NCBI GenBank assembly: GCA_030141605.1
Contig: JAQGDQ010000018.1
Location: forward strand, 1,178,001-1,242,000
Direction of reading: 5' to 3'
DNA length: 64,000 nucleotides
DNA from: Tubiluchus corallicola
Taxonomy: Eukaryota; Animalia; Priapulida
The notes beneath the pieces are model-generated. The model was not told the origin of the DNA. It ran no database searches and was given only the letters and a program-made list of their open reading frames with translations. Positions 30,101 to 45,100 of the stretch are shown in pieces; the stretch's first letter is position 1; the number at the start of each line of letters is the position of its first letter. Position numbers and translations under genes: made by a program.

Positions 30101-33100
30101 TCCGAATGTCACCACCAATAAATATACTTTCTAGATACATCCACTTGCGTTGCACAACCATCCAGACCTATAAATTAACAGAGGAAGAACACTTCAAAAT
30201 GGATCATAACTTGAGTCCAAAATAATATTTTTACACCTAGAGAGACTTGTCAGGGGTAAGCTGTTACATAATTGCTTGACCTCAAAAAGCCTGTACAAAA
30301 ATAAATCTGTAGACGAAAATCGACTTTTCAGAAATGTTAAAACCAAGTCACCCCATTGGATTAGTCATTCCTTTATCCTGCATCCATTGAAATCTTGCAA
30401 ACTGATTCTGTAGTATTATATGAATGCTAGTTACATTTTTTTATGCCCGTAAAAAGCAAATGGACAGAAAAACATGGGGCAAATTTAAAAAAAGATTTTT
30501 TCACTTACCTCTAAAACTTCACTGATAAGAGACAAGCTTTTTTCCCATGACTGAACCGTGTTGAGGAATGGACCTACAAAGCGAGAGGCTGACATGCTCT
30601 GCAGGTTCATTGCATTATCATCTAAAATCTGCAGAACTTCATCGATAGTTCCAAGAATGAATCCCCGTTCTTCAGTCCCTTTCATGTATTTTATTATATT
30701 GAATTTCATGTTGTCCCACACTTCTGTGATTTCTTTAACACCCTATGTATAAATTTTTTGACGATTATAATTTTGACTAATTTAGACATATTTGACAAAA
30801 CTTCATTGTAGCTGATTTAACACTGAAGTACTTTGAACATTTTTAACAGCACACAAAACATATAACATTGGTTGCAAAACTGTAAGACCTCTCAATTACA
30901 GAAATGTTGTATTATGGATTATTGAAAGGTAAACTAATCATGGAAAATTTAATTAAATATGCTATTATAACTAATCAAAATAGGCATTAGTAGTAACAAC
31001 TGATCACTAGAAATACCTGCATTTTTCCTTCCATTTCTTTATGACTAGAAATAACACAAACGTTCAAAAGGATTAACTGCACAACACCTCTACATACCTT
31101 TTCAATGCTCAGTTCTTTTGATGCATTTGTCACAATCTCAGCAATAGTTTCTTGGTGCTTGTGTAATTCCATTGAGAACAAGTTTTCCAGAGTAAAAATT
31201 TCTGGATTCATGTCAAAATTTTTTCCAGTTTTCTCCATTAGTTCTTTCCAGTGCCTATCGCCGCAGAAAACAGTTACTTTAAAACCAAATAATCCATTAC
31301 AAATATCTCTGTTAAATGTACATAATTATAATTTTAGGACAGTGCTTTTAATATTTACTATGAATTACTTAATTACTTATTGTGCTCTGCCATATAATGA
31401 GGATATTTGTTAAGTAATGAATACAATTCATTGTATACCAAATAGTTTAAACAAATTGTAAATGTAAATAGGTAATACTCTGTAAATTTAAAGTTAAGAT
31501 GCTTTCTAGTATACAACCACAACTAATAAAATTAAAAAAATTCATTTTTGATTACCGTTCTCGCAAAGCTTCATGTTTCAAGTCAGAAAACAATGGAACA
31601 GATTCCTTGAATGCCCTCAGTGTTTCTTCTATGACTCTTGCAACGGGAAGGTATCTAACTTCCTTCGGTAAGCGTTTTAACTGCTTGATAAAAGTATCAA
31701 TGCCATCTTGTAAAACTTGAATATCTAAATCTGCCCACAGCGTCTGAGACCACTGCTCTCTTGCTTTCTGCAAAAAATGAGGTTCACATAAATCTGTTAA
31801 TTAAACTTTGTTAGTTAAGAAACAAAGTAAATTGGAAATAACAACATTATAGCAAAAATCAACTGTGCTTCTATGTGATCAGCAAAAACTTCAATAATTT
31901 TCATGAGTAATTAACTTGATCAATGTTTGTTTAATTATGGCTGATGAGTCATAAAAACTATAGATAATTATTGAATCATAAGTAGGACACTACTGTTTTA
32001 AATCAATGCCACAGAAGTATATACATTGTTCAAGAAAAATCGGGAAGTTTATTTTGAGCTTTTGTAAGTACATGTGTGCAGAAACAAAAACTGGCTGTCA
32101 ACAATCCAGGCCAATACTGTTTAACATTGAAATTACTATGTTCTTAGAAAAAATAGAATGTTAGTGGTTCACATCAATGTTAAAAAAATATCATCAAAAG
32201 TTAGCATACCTTCTGTTCCACATAAACTGCATACACTTGCTGCATACCAGCCATTTCCTTAGCCAACTTAGTTAAATCAGGGTACATTGTGATTGGCAAG
32301 TCAAAGAGTTTCTCAGCATTAGCTATTTCTTGTCTTTCAGTCTCCAGTTTCTGCACAGCAACAGCATAGTCTTCTAGCATTATCACACCTGCCATGTGTA
32401 AAATGATAAACATGTACTAACCTGTTTATTACTACATATTCGACAGTCAGTAAATTACAGCATTGCACAAAGCACTATATTATATAATAAATTAATTACT
32501 ATGACAATGTATTTCAATATGTGGGAAAGAAAATTATTTCACCATGATCTAGTTCTTGCCCAACTGCACCAGGTCCTTCGGTATGAAACTCTTCAGCGAA
32601 TTTTTGAAGTCGAGCAGCAAAATCTGCTATATGCCGCTTTGTTATCTGGATAAGAGATTTTTGTCTAATATAGTTGTTTTATAACCATTAAAGCCTAGAA
32701 ATTTTGCAGATGCGCATAAGTTACCCAAGGCCTATTAAGTTCAGAATAATGAGACTTTTACAAGGCCAATATTATTCTAGGTGATCCTATGGTGACTGAT
32801 GTAGGAATGTGGTAAATGATGTGTTGTAATGCCTGTTGATGGTGGTGATATGGATGGTGATTCTCTAATGTGTGATGAAGTGGTGAGCAATGCTTGATGA
32901 TGTATGATGATAATGTGTGACTATATGTAATGTCACTAATTTGGGATGTGTAATTTCAATGATACAGTGATGAATGAAGATGCGAAGACATAAGACACTG
33001 AAGGTGTCACCAAGCTAAACTGAAATTAGACATTCGATATATTTCTATTGTCAAACATTAAACACTTAATATTTAAATGCATTAATATAGTTTTATTTAT

Positions 33101-36100
33101 AAACAGTGTAAATTTATAGTAGCACATTTATAAGATTCACTAAACTTTGTAAAGAAACTCACCTCAGTAAACTTCTTTTTCACAGAAACCAGACTGGCAT
33201 CTACCTGCTTAGAATCATACACAAGATCATCCCACACTTGTCTAACTCTGTCTGCATACTCTTGTTGTTCAGCTGGTACCTATAGAAAATAAATGTCACA
33301 AGGGATATAATAATAAACAATATTTTCTCTATACATGCAGTGTAAATTAGTGAGCCATGGGAATATTATTAATCAAGTAGATTGTTTTAGTTTATTATTT
33401 TTCACCTTTGTCTTTGAAAGGGTCCACTAACAAACAAAGTCAAAGTCCCATTAACTAAGTTCTAAATGTTATTCACCTTACATAGCTATCAAGTAGTCAA
33501 AACACCCACAGATAATTGATAAGGTAAATTTGAATTTTAAGATCTCAAGGCAAGTCATTAGTGTGAAAAAGACTGAATTTGCCAGCCCCTAGCATTTAGA
33601 CAATTCCAAAACCCTGCATGCAAACCACTCTGCCAAGACCAAGCAAGGGGCTTTGAAACATGTGAAATCAAGTGAGCGAGCTGGCTTCTGTGTTGTAATA
33701 TCAGCTGTGTAGCAACATACATGTTGTGCTGCAATTACAGTTTTGTAACTACAGCCACTTTTTAGTTTTGCTATATTTTTATTTTATTATACTTTTTATT
33801 TGTATTATAATTTTCATGTCATCCACTTGTTTTGTATAATACAGAAGCTTTTCATCAAAATTAATCATAGAAGGATTTCTCCTTGCCCATTTTGCCACTA
33901 TTTCCGACTTATCGCATTTTCACAAAGTTTTGAAATTCTTCCATGCTGTGAGATGCTGCTGTACTTCTGTACCATAATTATATACTTACGCCAATTTTGT
34001 ACATTGCAAGTGTACGATAGCGCTCCTGAATTTCAATAATTCGCGACTCTACATCAAGAGACATTTCTCGAATATCTTTAATCGACTGAAGCACATATTT
34101 TAAATCATCAAGAGTGTTTGGTGGTTTACGTAGATCTTCTGAACATTTCTAAATGAATAATAAATCACAATGCAACACTAAGCTATTTCATCTAAAAATA
34201 TAACAAACACTATTTTTGAATCGTTGTTAAGAAACAAATGTAAATGAAAATAGCTCATAAAATTATACAAACACTAGCATAATTTTTCAGTACAAAACTA
34301 CTGTACAGTAACAAAAGTACAAATATAGAAAAAACACTAATGTGAAAATACTAATACAACACGGCACATACCGCTGTCTTAATTTCATTTTCCAAATAAT
34401 ATTTTTATAAAATGTAAAAACCTCTAGATCTGTTTTCAGTTTTCCGAGCATCTCTCTGGCAGATAGATGAAGATGTTCTCCTATGTGCTGTATCCATTGT
34501 CTGCAGTGCTCTTGCACCATATTGATCACAGGTGCCAAGTGCATTGAAATACAGTAGACATCTTTCACTTTAGATGTGTTTCCAATCTATAAAATACAAT
34601 TATAAGTACAACAATAATAGCAAAATTATTTTTACATTGAACAGACTTTATACTATGATAAAACAGAATATGATCCTGTTTTATAAAAGAGCGAAATTGA
34701 CTTTTGAAATTATTGCGGGGTCATAAAAAAATAAGCACATTTACAGTCAGAATGTGAAACAACTAGAGAAATCAGTGAGAGACCAGAAAATTTCAAACCA
34801 GATGAATTCGTTGAATTTTGCAGGTACATGCCGAATTTAATTTTAGTTCTGGAATTTCACAAGAGGCAATTACACATAGACCTAGTTTAGCTTAAATTGC
34901 ACTGCAACAGCTTGACAACTTCTGTAATTTAATTTTGCCATTTTTCATTTTAAGATTTAATAATAGTTAGACTTTTTAATAGTGAACTTATCTGAAAAAT
35001 TTGTAGAGGGATATCAAAGATAAAGTTATCCTATCTTGCATTTTTATTTCGTGCAAAGCAGCATAGAACTGTACAACTTCGTGTTGTATAATTATTATTA
35101 AAAGCATTTATAATTTTCCACTTGTTTCATGGTCAGAGTCATAAATACTGCTCTGTGTATAATTTTCCATAATTCTGCTAATATGGTACAAGGTCCTGAC
35201 TTCTGCACAACATGTTTTTGAAAACTAGGCACTGTTGCCCATGTAAGTATGTATGGTTAAAAGCATGCAACTTTGAAAAACTAACAATATTCAACATCTG
35301 AGATGATAAATCATTTTGAGCTGTAGTCTAAAACTGGGCACTGCTTTGTGTGCACATTAGAGAGTTGTATAAGCACACATCTATTAATAAAATAGTGTTT
35401 GTTTACTATTATACAGTTATATGGTACTGTTACTATAAGTCTTACGTCATCTACTTGTTTTGTATAATAGAGAAGCTTCTCATCAAAGTTAATCACACAT
35501 GGATTTCTTCTTGCCCATTTTGCCGCTATTTCGGACTTATCATATTTCCACAGGGTTCTGAAACGCTTCCAGGCTGTGAGATGTTGCTGTACCTCTGTTA
35601 AAACTTTCTGAATGTTACCTGTAAAGTAATTAAATTAAGTGGTAACCACATTACGCACAAGCACTGTTTATTAATGACCATCAAAACTACTTTCTAGCTT
35701 AACAGCTGATGTAGCACTCTGTCATAATATTTTAAATAAACAAAAAAATACAGCCATATTTCGTTTATTCCCAAAACGCTATCCAAAACATGCATTACAC
35801 AAGAAGTTTCGTGACTACTGGAATTCACCTATCTGAAGATACTATAACTATATGGCTGAGTGAAATAAGTGTGATGCCAATTGAAACCTGCAATATTTTG
35901 TTTTAGCAATAATGTAATATCGTTTTGTAAAAAGCTGGGCACTCAACTTGAAGAATGTAGTGGCTTAACATGACTCACTTGTTAACGTAGCTAACAAACT
36001 ATTTACATCGGGATGAATAGACACATCACTGAAGAAACTGTATATAATAGGCTCATCTTGATTATCCATTACATATGGCGGAGTTTCAATGCAAGATTTA

Positions 36101-39100
36101 CGCATCCAGCGTATAAACTGTTTGGTTCTGCAACAAAAATGCAATGATAAACAAACAAATATACAAACGATAACTACAGAACAAACTATAAGAATGTGCT
36201 TTTAAAAAGTTTCATCTTGACATGCCACTCAGCAGTAAGTCAGCACTCAAGCAAGCTGCCACTCTGTTCATTTGACAAGAAGCTAGCTTTAAGATCCAAA
36301 ATAAACCTAGAACTCTAATATGTTTATTGAATCGAAAAAGTATTATCTGCTTTAGTAATCAAATGGTATTGAAGGACGTCTACACAATTTTGTTCCTAAA
36401 CTCCCCACTAGCACAATAAAAAGAATGATAAGAGCATTGTAAAGACGTTCAATTGTCCATGGACTCTGCCAGCAAGAATAAACAGAAGACATTTTGTCGT
36501 ATAATGGTTGCTCTATTTTCGAGGTTTAATTTTTAAATAAAATAATGTAATGAATGACTGTTGTAGCTAGCGCTTGTGGTGTCTGCCTGGAGTGGCTTTT
36601 GAGTTTGACACTCCATAACTAACCTGCCCTCTGATGAAAAATAACAATGTAACACATCCTTGATTAGGAAGAATTTAGACTTGAAAAAAATTGGCAGTGC
36701 AGTCTTGCAGCTTGTGATAAGTTGTAGAGATAAATTGCTAAAATAATAAGGCTCTACTTAAAAAAATTGTTTATAAAGAAATAAATTATTGTCTTCCCTT
36801 GCTGCAAACTTTCAACAGAAGGTGCTATAAGTTGTGCTTTCGATAAATTAAATTGTGTCAGGTGTTTTGCCTCTATAATGTTCCAACAGAAAATGCTTTT
36901 TAGTGCACTTGATCAAAGTGCCGCACTCTGAAAAGTGCCACAAGGGCAGACTGCTGCATTTGCCACTCCCTAGCTACGGTACTGCAGTGAATGGACTATG
37001 AAATCACAATGATTATGAGAAAAAATAGAAACAATTGCCATTAACCCAGATTTCAAACATGCCTTCAGCAGCTACAAACAAAGTCATTTTTGCTATACAA
37101 AACAGTGCAACTTACCCATCAACGATATCTCTGACACATCCAAGCATAAGCTTGTAGACATCATTAGTGTGAGGAAAAAGAAGTATGTCTGGAGAAGCCA
37201 GAATTGTTTCTGCCCGAAATAGAGGCTTTCCAGATATGATCATCTGATTGAAGCGTCGTAAGTTGCTAGTAACAAGCTAAAATAAGGCAGTATCGCAAAA
37301 TGACACATTTGCAAAACAATTTTCCACAAACACTTTTACTTTTATGTAAAACTGGTTTACCTCAGTTTTTTTACTTAGGTATTTCCAGCATTGTGTTACT
37401 CTATTTTTTGTGCTAAAAAAGCAAATGCCTCAAAATTTAGAGCCTCCCCTTTAAAATATTATGATGAAAAATTGTAAAAAGCACTAACTTTCAACACAGC
37501 GTCAAACACACGCTGCTCCCAGTAGGCGTAGTACTTTTGTAACTTGGGAGACTTTCCTGTGTTTGTATGCACAACTAGTCCTTCCATTTTAGTTAGCAGT
37601 GGCCCAATTGCTCGATATTTTCTTGCTAAAGTCTCTATATCCTTTGATCTCTCTCTGTCAAGATAATCAAAGTATTCCTAGAAGAAATAAGATCGACAAA
37701 ATATTCATGTATACACACTTTTGAGTCAAACATGAACTATAATGAGCAAAAGCAAAAAGAAAATTAAATTTTGTTTAAAAAAGCAAAAAACAAACTAGTT
37801 GACAATTTAGTTGACTGAAGTTTTGCAAACAATAGTTACAGAATTGGGCCTTGAAAAGACGCCAGCCTTTTGTTTGAAAGTTCTAATTGAGATTTTATTG
37901 AAATCATATTGATTGATTACATAGGAACTGCATGTAACAATGAATTCTGAATTTATAACTTTTCAACCCATGACCCATGGGTCAGGGATCAACCAGTCTC
38001 GGTGTAACTTATACCATTCAATTTGTCTCATTGAGACCTTTCATTTGACTTATTACAAGCTAGGTTTGAACGACTCTGGAAGGCATTTGTCTAATCGACC
38101 CCCATTTTGCCACAGTATCACAGGTATCATTGGTATCATAGGTTAACCAGTCTCACTGTCACCTATACCATTCGATTCGCTTCTTTGAGATGCTTCATTT
38201 GATACGCTACAAGCTACTTTCAGTTGACACTAGAAGGCATTTGTCACATTGACCACTATTTGCCGATTAGTGGGGTTGCAGGTTAACTAATCTCATTGTA
38301 ACGTATATTGTTCACTTCACCTCATCAAAACTTTCATTTGATATGCTTCACGGTACTGCTACTCGACACTAAACGTATTTCTGTTCCCGATCCCATTTTT
38401 TGCTTTTTGATCCTCTACTGGGATCACAGACCAACCAGTCTTGGCGCAACTGATGCCATTCAATTTGTCACATTGAGATCTTTCATTTAATATACTACAA
38501 GCTAGTTTCGGTTGACAATGGAAGGCATTTGTCCCCCCAACCATTATTTTGCTCCTACTAGGGTCAGAGATCAACCAATCTCTGGGTAATTATTAGCATT
38601 CAATTTGTCTCATTGATACCTTTCATTTGACATAGTACAAGTTAGTACTGAAAGGCATTTGCCTGCAAGACCACTATTCTGCCCTATAGTGGAGTAACAG
38701 GTTAAGCAATCTCATTGTAACCTATATCATACAATTTGCCTCATCGAAACCTCTCATTTGATTGCTACAGATCCAAGAAGATTTTGCTATTGCAAAATAA
38801 TAATAAATACATGGGTAGTGGGAAGCAAATTAAAATAAGGAAGTATCGCATCCAGCTATACACTAAATATTACTTAAAAAAATAAAAAATGTTAATCAAC
38901 AGAGTTTCTTCTTAGCAAACAGCTAAACATTTGACAGCAAAAATCATACCTTACAATCAGGTAAATCTACGCCAGGCTTTAACGGTGGTAGATGAAACAG
39001 ATTTGCTTTTGATATAAAAGTAAGTCGGCGATTAATATCTGTTGCATTCTTCTTTATTTGATGCACAAGTGATTCAAACTTTCCTATCGCCTGTTTAAAA

Positions 39101-42100
39101 AAACAAAAATTTTACTTGTTAAATAAATATGATATTGACAATTTAACGACAAAACACAGGCTATTGTTTAATTACTTAATCGCAAAAAAGACACTGTGAT
39201 CCAACTTTCAAAATTTCACAATCCATTGATGTGCGCTCTGTTAGATTCAATCACTTGCTATAATAAGCACCAAAATTATGTGTAAAATATACATTATGTA
39301 ACTTAATGCTAATTTATAATAGCCATGTTAGCATAAACATATAGACCTGTAAAAGGAGTTTTCAAGAAAGATCCCTCATCGGTAACGATATGACCAAATG
39401 TATAAGTGCTTTTGATGCTTTAGATTAAGAACAAACCCACAGATGTATTTAATTTAACAAAGAACACCAAGGAATTTGGATAAATAGCACATGCATTAAT
39501 AGTTTTCAAATTCCTAATAACAGGAATACCATCAGTTTGACAAATATCCCAATATATACAAAATAATTCTAAATGTTTTTTATTAAAAAAGTCAATGTAT
39601 CCACTACACACTAGCAGTCTCTTTAAGTAACTGAGAATGATTACGAATTTACTATACCTGTCTACATTTGCTAACAAAATCCATTATACCGAGTGAATTC
39701 CACGTGAGTCTCTTTACGCCTGGTAAAATCACTCTCTTTAAATCTTTGATATTTTCATCCAAAAGTTCACATTGTTCTGGAGCAAGTGAAGACAGCAATG
39801 AATGATATTTGTGAAGCATGTTCTTCAGATTGTCTAGGTAGGCACTATATTTCTCTTCCTGCAAAATCAATTGGCACATGTCGCAATTATAATTTTAACA
39901 ATGTTCAAATTATTAGCTTAAAAATTCAATTTTATAAATTTATAACAACAGATTTACAAGATCAAACAATTAGGCTGTTTCCTTGCATTACAATGACACG
40001 TTACTTTTACTGTTTCCAAAGCCAACTATAAAATTGGAATAATAAACCGGGGGGCCAGTTTCACAAACCGTCACTAAGTTAACAACGTCATTATTGCTAT
40101 CAGTAAACTGTCAATACATCACGTGTGAGTCACAAGCTTAATATTACCTCAGCAGAAACTTTACTTAAGCATCAGTAAAAATGCTTTTTTGTCACTGTTG
40201 AGATTAAACAGAGTATCTTTATACAAAAATATTGCTAAATTTATAATAATGGTTTTGTTAGCTTAATAACGACTTTGTAAGCCTGGACCCAAAACTGCAC
40301 ACTACGTGATTTAATTTTACTCAACTCTCAATTTGCTTAGTACATAAACTGACCATAGGATATAATATGTCGGAAGAAAAAACCCAGAATAGATTACCTA
40401 TATTTATACATGTCCACAAATATATATATTTTAAATGCAAATTTTCATCAGGATTCTCACTTCCCAAATATATGACAACACACCAAAGGATTTTTTTTTG
40501 TTCTTACGAAATACCACCGATTATATATGATAAATATAGAAAACAGTAACTAATGACAGTACTAATTTACAATGAATGTAAAAATTCTGTTACATGAAAC
40601 TGAACTTTCCATTTGCAATAATACACAAATATAACAAATCGATTTTGAAAAAAAAACTGTTAAATTAAGAATCAGGTGTAGAGCATCTAATCTCAGGTAA
40701 CAAGGTTTTGTTATTTTCATACCTGTAATGTAACATTTCTTGCAAGCTCTGGCACAGGAAAACCTAACAGCTCCATATGTTTAGTTTCTGCTATGATTGT
40801 CATCAACTCTGATGCAAAGTTTACCACAAACAATATATTTCCATTAGATGCTATTGTAAAAAATGTAAACAAGCAGTTTGTAGCAACAATATTTATTATA
40901 TAAACAATTATATTATACAAAGTATTGTAAAAAAGTATAAACATACAGTTTATATCCACATTATTTATTATATAGACAATCAAACACAACTATAATTTCT
41001 AGTGTAAGATAAATATTATTTCCTATATGCAACTTTGGATTAAACAACCAAAAAACTAGTTCACTGTATTAACATAATTTTAAGCTTGTATCAGGTGGTG
41101 CAAAAAATGTGAGTTCAGCTCCTGTACATCAAACAGCCCTGTGTAGCCGATGTTATTTATACAAATTATGTGAGAAATTATGCAGAAATGTATTTCATAG
41201 GATTCTGTTCCATTTTTTCTTCACAACAAATCTTTATCAGTGCTTTACTTTTACTGGTGAAGATCATGAGGTAAAGTGGTTGATGTCTTTTGCTGCTATA
41301 TACTGAGCGCCTTAAATACATCGATGTGGCTATTTTTCAACTGACTCCCGAATTCAAATTTTAAACATGTAGAATTTTTTCGACCATAACTTAAAAACTA
41401 CAGAAAGCATAAACTTGTAACTTTCATAGACAAAAGTTAATGAACAGTAGTATCACGCTGTAAAATTTTAACTTTCTAGAGCACTTGCATCTAATGTCAT
41501 TGTAGCCTAAACTTTGCAACATTTCCTCTGTGCCACATGACATGTCCGATAGAATTGACTTTGACTTATATCTAGCACTGAATCAAGCATTTTATTGAAA
41601 ACAACCTCAGGTAACACTGCTAGCAGTGAATCTAGCCTGTGCTAGTACAATGGCTACGTTTTGTACAATGGTCACCTGGCTTCTTTCAAGTTTTCTTTCT
41701 TTCAAACCAAATTAGCAGCATTCATTCCTTAGAACTGAAAGTTACACTGTTCAGGTTCAAAGAAGTGCATCCTTTTCAAATAGTGTCAAACAAAACAAAT
41801 TGTTGCATTGTTAATTTCTTTGTTGTGATTTGACCTATATGCCTTTTACCATTCGTCTTTTTGCATCTTTTTTCAGCACCCATGGTTTTGTTCCACTCAT
41901 AGCAATTTGGCAGGACACTTTTGCTAATTTCAATTAAAAATGCTTCGCCCAACAGACGTCATTATTATGCCAGCTAGAATATTAAAATGGTATAGCGTAC
42001 AGTGCAACTGCTGTGCAAGAATGCACTGACACCAAACCAAGATCTGCTTACCGAATTTTTTCCTTAGTTATACGTATTGTGCATTGAAATGTATACAGAT

Positions 42101-45100
42101 AAGATAATCTTTTGACCTAAGTATTAAAAATGCCTCTAGTGGCTTTAAGTAACTATCAAAAACTGAAACGTAAAAAGCAGTTAACTCACTGTCTTTTGCT
42201 GCAGTAGTCTGTGGAGATGACGATACAAACACTGAGATTTTTCGGCGAACTTTTGGATGCGCTTGTTGTGTGGGACGGACGACAGCAGTACTAGGGATAG
42301 ACAGCACATTCCTCTTGAGCAATGATGGTAAAACTGCCTCAGCATAATCACGCCAAGATTCATATTTCTTATCTTGATAAACTTTCATTTCTTTGGCCAC
42401 AGAAAGATACTTTGCTCTTGCCTGAAAAGTTTAACTTTAGAAGAAAAAACTTGAATTATTTTACCAATAAAAAGGTGTCACAGATGGTAGATAACAATTA
42501 CACATACATTCATTAAGTTCTTTGTTACTAACAACAATTCAGACCAGAGAAGTGTTTTAGGAAAAGAAAATGAAGAGTTTTTTTGCTATTGCAATTCTAG
42601 CACAAAGATTGCACAAGCAGAATGAAGCTACAGGCATTTTGTAGCTATTTTCTATATTTGTCTGTATAGTTTGGCAGATTGGAGGTCAAAATCCAGTACA
42701 CTGGTAAGGCTTATCACAAATGATAAATGTTGCCATGGGACGAGACACTAATTATCAAGGTTATCCTCTAAAATAAGATGCAGGTGTGGCAAAAGTTCAG
42801 ACTGATGTACATAATCCCTCAACAAAAGAAACAGCCTTAACTTTTGTAGCCAGGCACATCCAGTGATAACCCTTATGTCACTATGTTACACTTCAAGTTT
42901 CAAATATAGGTTTCCAAATTAGTTCCTAGTGTTGAATACAGATTTTTTTGTTTCAGTGCTAGCCACTTGCAATCTGGTTGCTGTCGTACCAACAACAAAT
43001 GAAATAATGACATGTGACATATTAAAATGTACTTAATTAAAGAAATAGTGTACTATTGCAGGCCTGCAAGCTTACCATGCACTGGAGATGACAACACAAC
43101 AATAACAAAGTTTCAGTGCATTAGAGAAAGTTCAATTTTACTTTATAGAACGAAGCACTAACTGTATGTGAAGAAAGGAGCACAGAAATTTCGTTGTCAT
43201 TAAAACAAATTGTCACATAACTACATTACGTAAGGAGTTATATAAAGTTCATTAAAAGCAATTTCTGCAGCTGTGTAAACTGTCAAAATAGTGAAATCTT
43301 TATACTGTACTTACAGATTTTCCAGTTTCAGATGCAAAAACATTCTCAAGTGTGAGAAACCTCAGTACCGTATGTTTGATACGATAAAACAAATGCTTTT
43401 CCCAATAGATGGCACCAGCAGTTGGGGGAACAGCTTTATTTATTGGTGGCTTTTCCTTGCCTTTTTTAAATAATGCTTCAACTTGTTCCACCTATTGACA
43501 AATACTTGCATTAAGATACTGTGAGATACTAACGGATAGCTGTGGTGTTCCAATGTCTAATTTTATTCACATTCTCATAATAATTGTCTTGGGAAAACGT
43601 GTGGCCTAAAAAATTCATCATATAGAAATGTACTTTGAATGTCTTAGTAAAACTTATATGCTTCCTTAGACATATTTTTAAGTTATGCGAAACACACTAA
43701 TTTTTGACAAGCATTTAATTCACAATCAAACTTTTTCAACACATGCTACGTACAAAGACAAACTAAAAACTTTGTCGTTTAAGTTTTCACCATATGATGA
43801 CCAATAACAACCAATTTCAAGTAAGCAAGTGTTACCTCTTTACAAAACTGCATCAAGATGTCATTGAATTTGTCCATCATTTGTTGATTAATGGTTTCAC
43901 GAGAGTGTATGTGCTTGAAGTTCATCAGCATGTCAAATGCTCCTTCAGCAGAGCGCAGAGCTTTAAATGACTCATTAATAAAGTTTTTTGCCTCTTCTTC
44001 AATAGATGCAACTTCACGATTGAACCACGACATATTAGACCTCCATTTGTATTCATTTGTATATGAATATGCGTCAAAATTAATCTGAATGCAAATATTT
44101 ATAAACTTACACATTTTCAGAGATCGTGACCTAACATAAGCATGCTACAAAACAACTTAGTTAAGACATACATTGTACCAAAAAGTATTGAATTGCACTG
44201 CAGCTAAGAAACCATGTTAAGTTTTATACTGAAACAGTAGCAACAAAGAGGGTTTGACTGCTTCGCTCAAGTAAATACTTACCAATGCAAAGGGCTGTAC
44301 AAGTGCATCAACTCTCTTTAACACATTGTCTATTCTTACTGGATCTCCAGTTACAGCTTTCATCTCAGGTCCAAAAATATTGTAAAATTCAATCAACACC
44401 TGGAAATGTTTTAAGTAAGCAATTTTAAACACGCAATGTTATGCATACTTTTTTGCTTTTTCATTGATTCCTGCTGTCTCCCTCCTCTCTCAATCTCTCT
44501 CTCGCACCAAAACTTAACAATTATTTAAAAAATGAAAATTACACCATATTTGACAATCACAATAAAGCCGTTACAAACTTACAAACCTGTGCAACATTGT
44601 GTAAATCATCGCATATTTTTGCCATGTAATCAGTTTTTTCAAACAATCGCTTTTTATCAAATTCCCATCGAGCATCTCTTCCTGAATTTTCAATCTTAGC
44701 CCGAGTTTCATGATAGGCATTGTTCCACAGTTCTAATACCTTTTTTGCTTCTAATGTCATATCCTTGACAACTTGATGTGGTAAACTATACAAATAAATA
44801 TGGATATAAAACATCTTGAAAGCTTGAAAAGTTTGGCACGGCAATATAGAAATTACTGAATTATGTATACTGTGTGCAGCTCTTAATAAAACTTTTCAAC
44901 TCCAAATGTATTTAATTAGGCCTACTTGACAGGTAGAAAAGTACATACTACTGCATGATACCATATTATCTTTAAAAGTTTTAATACATATTAGCTGATT
45001 ACATTCAAGTTACTAATTACATTTACACACCTAATAAACTAATAAGGACAACCCGCACAAATAATATCAAATAGGTACTATGCAATGCTGGTATCAGTGA

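Noticed and set aside
33818-33970. Currently functional mutually exclusive exon
   Set aside because: It has an in-frame TGA, has lost its donor, is only 19 nt from the upstream donor and is out of order.
37981-38770. CRISPR-like array
   Set aside because: Whole units are homologous with no unique spacers, there are no cas genes, and the context is a eukaryotic intron.
42729-42742. Intronic X-box-like GTTGCCATGGGAC
   Set aside because: The right half-site is imperfect, it is deep in an intron, and nothing else supports it.
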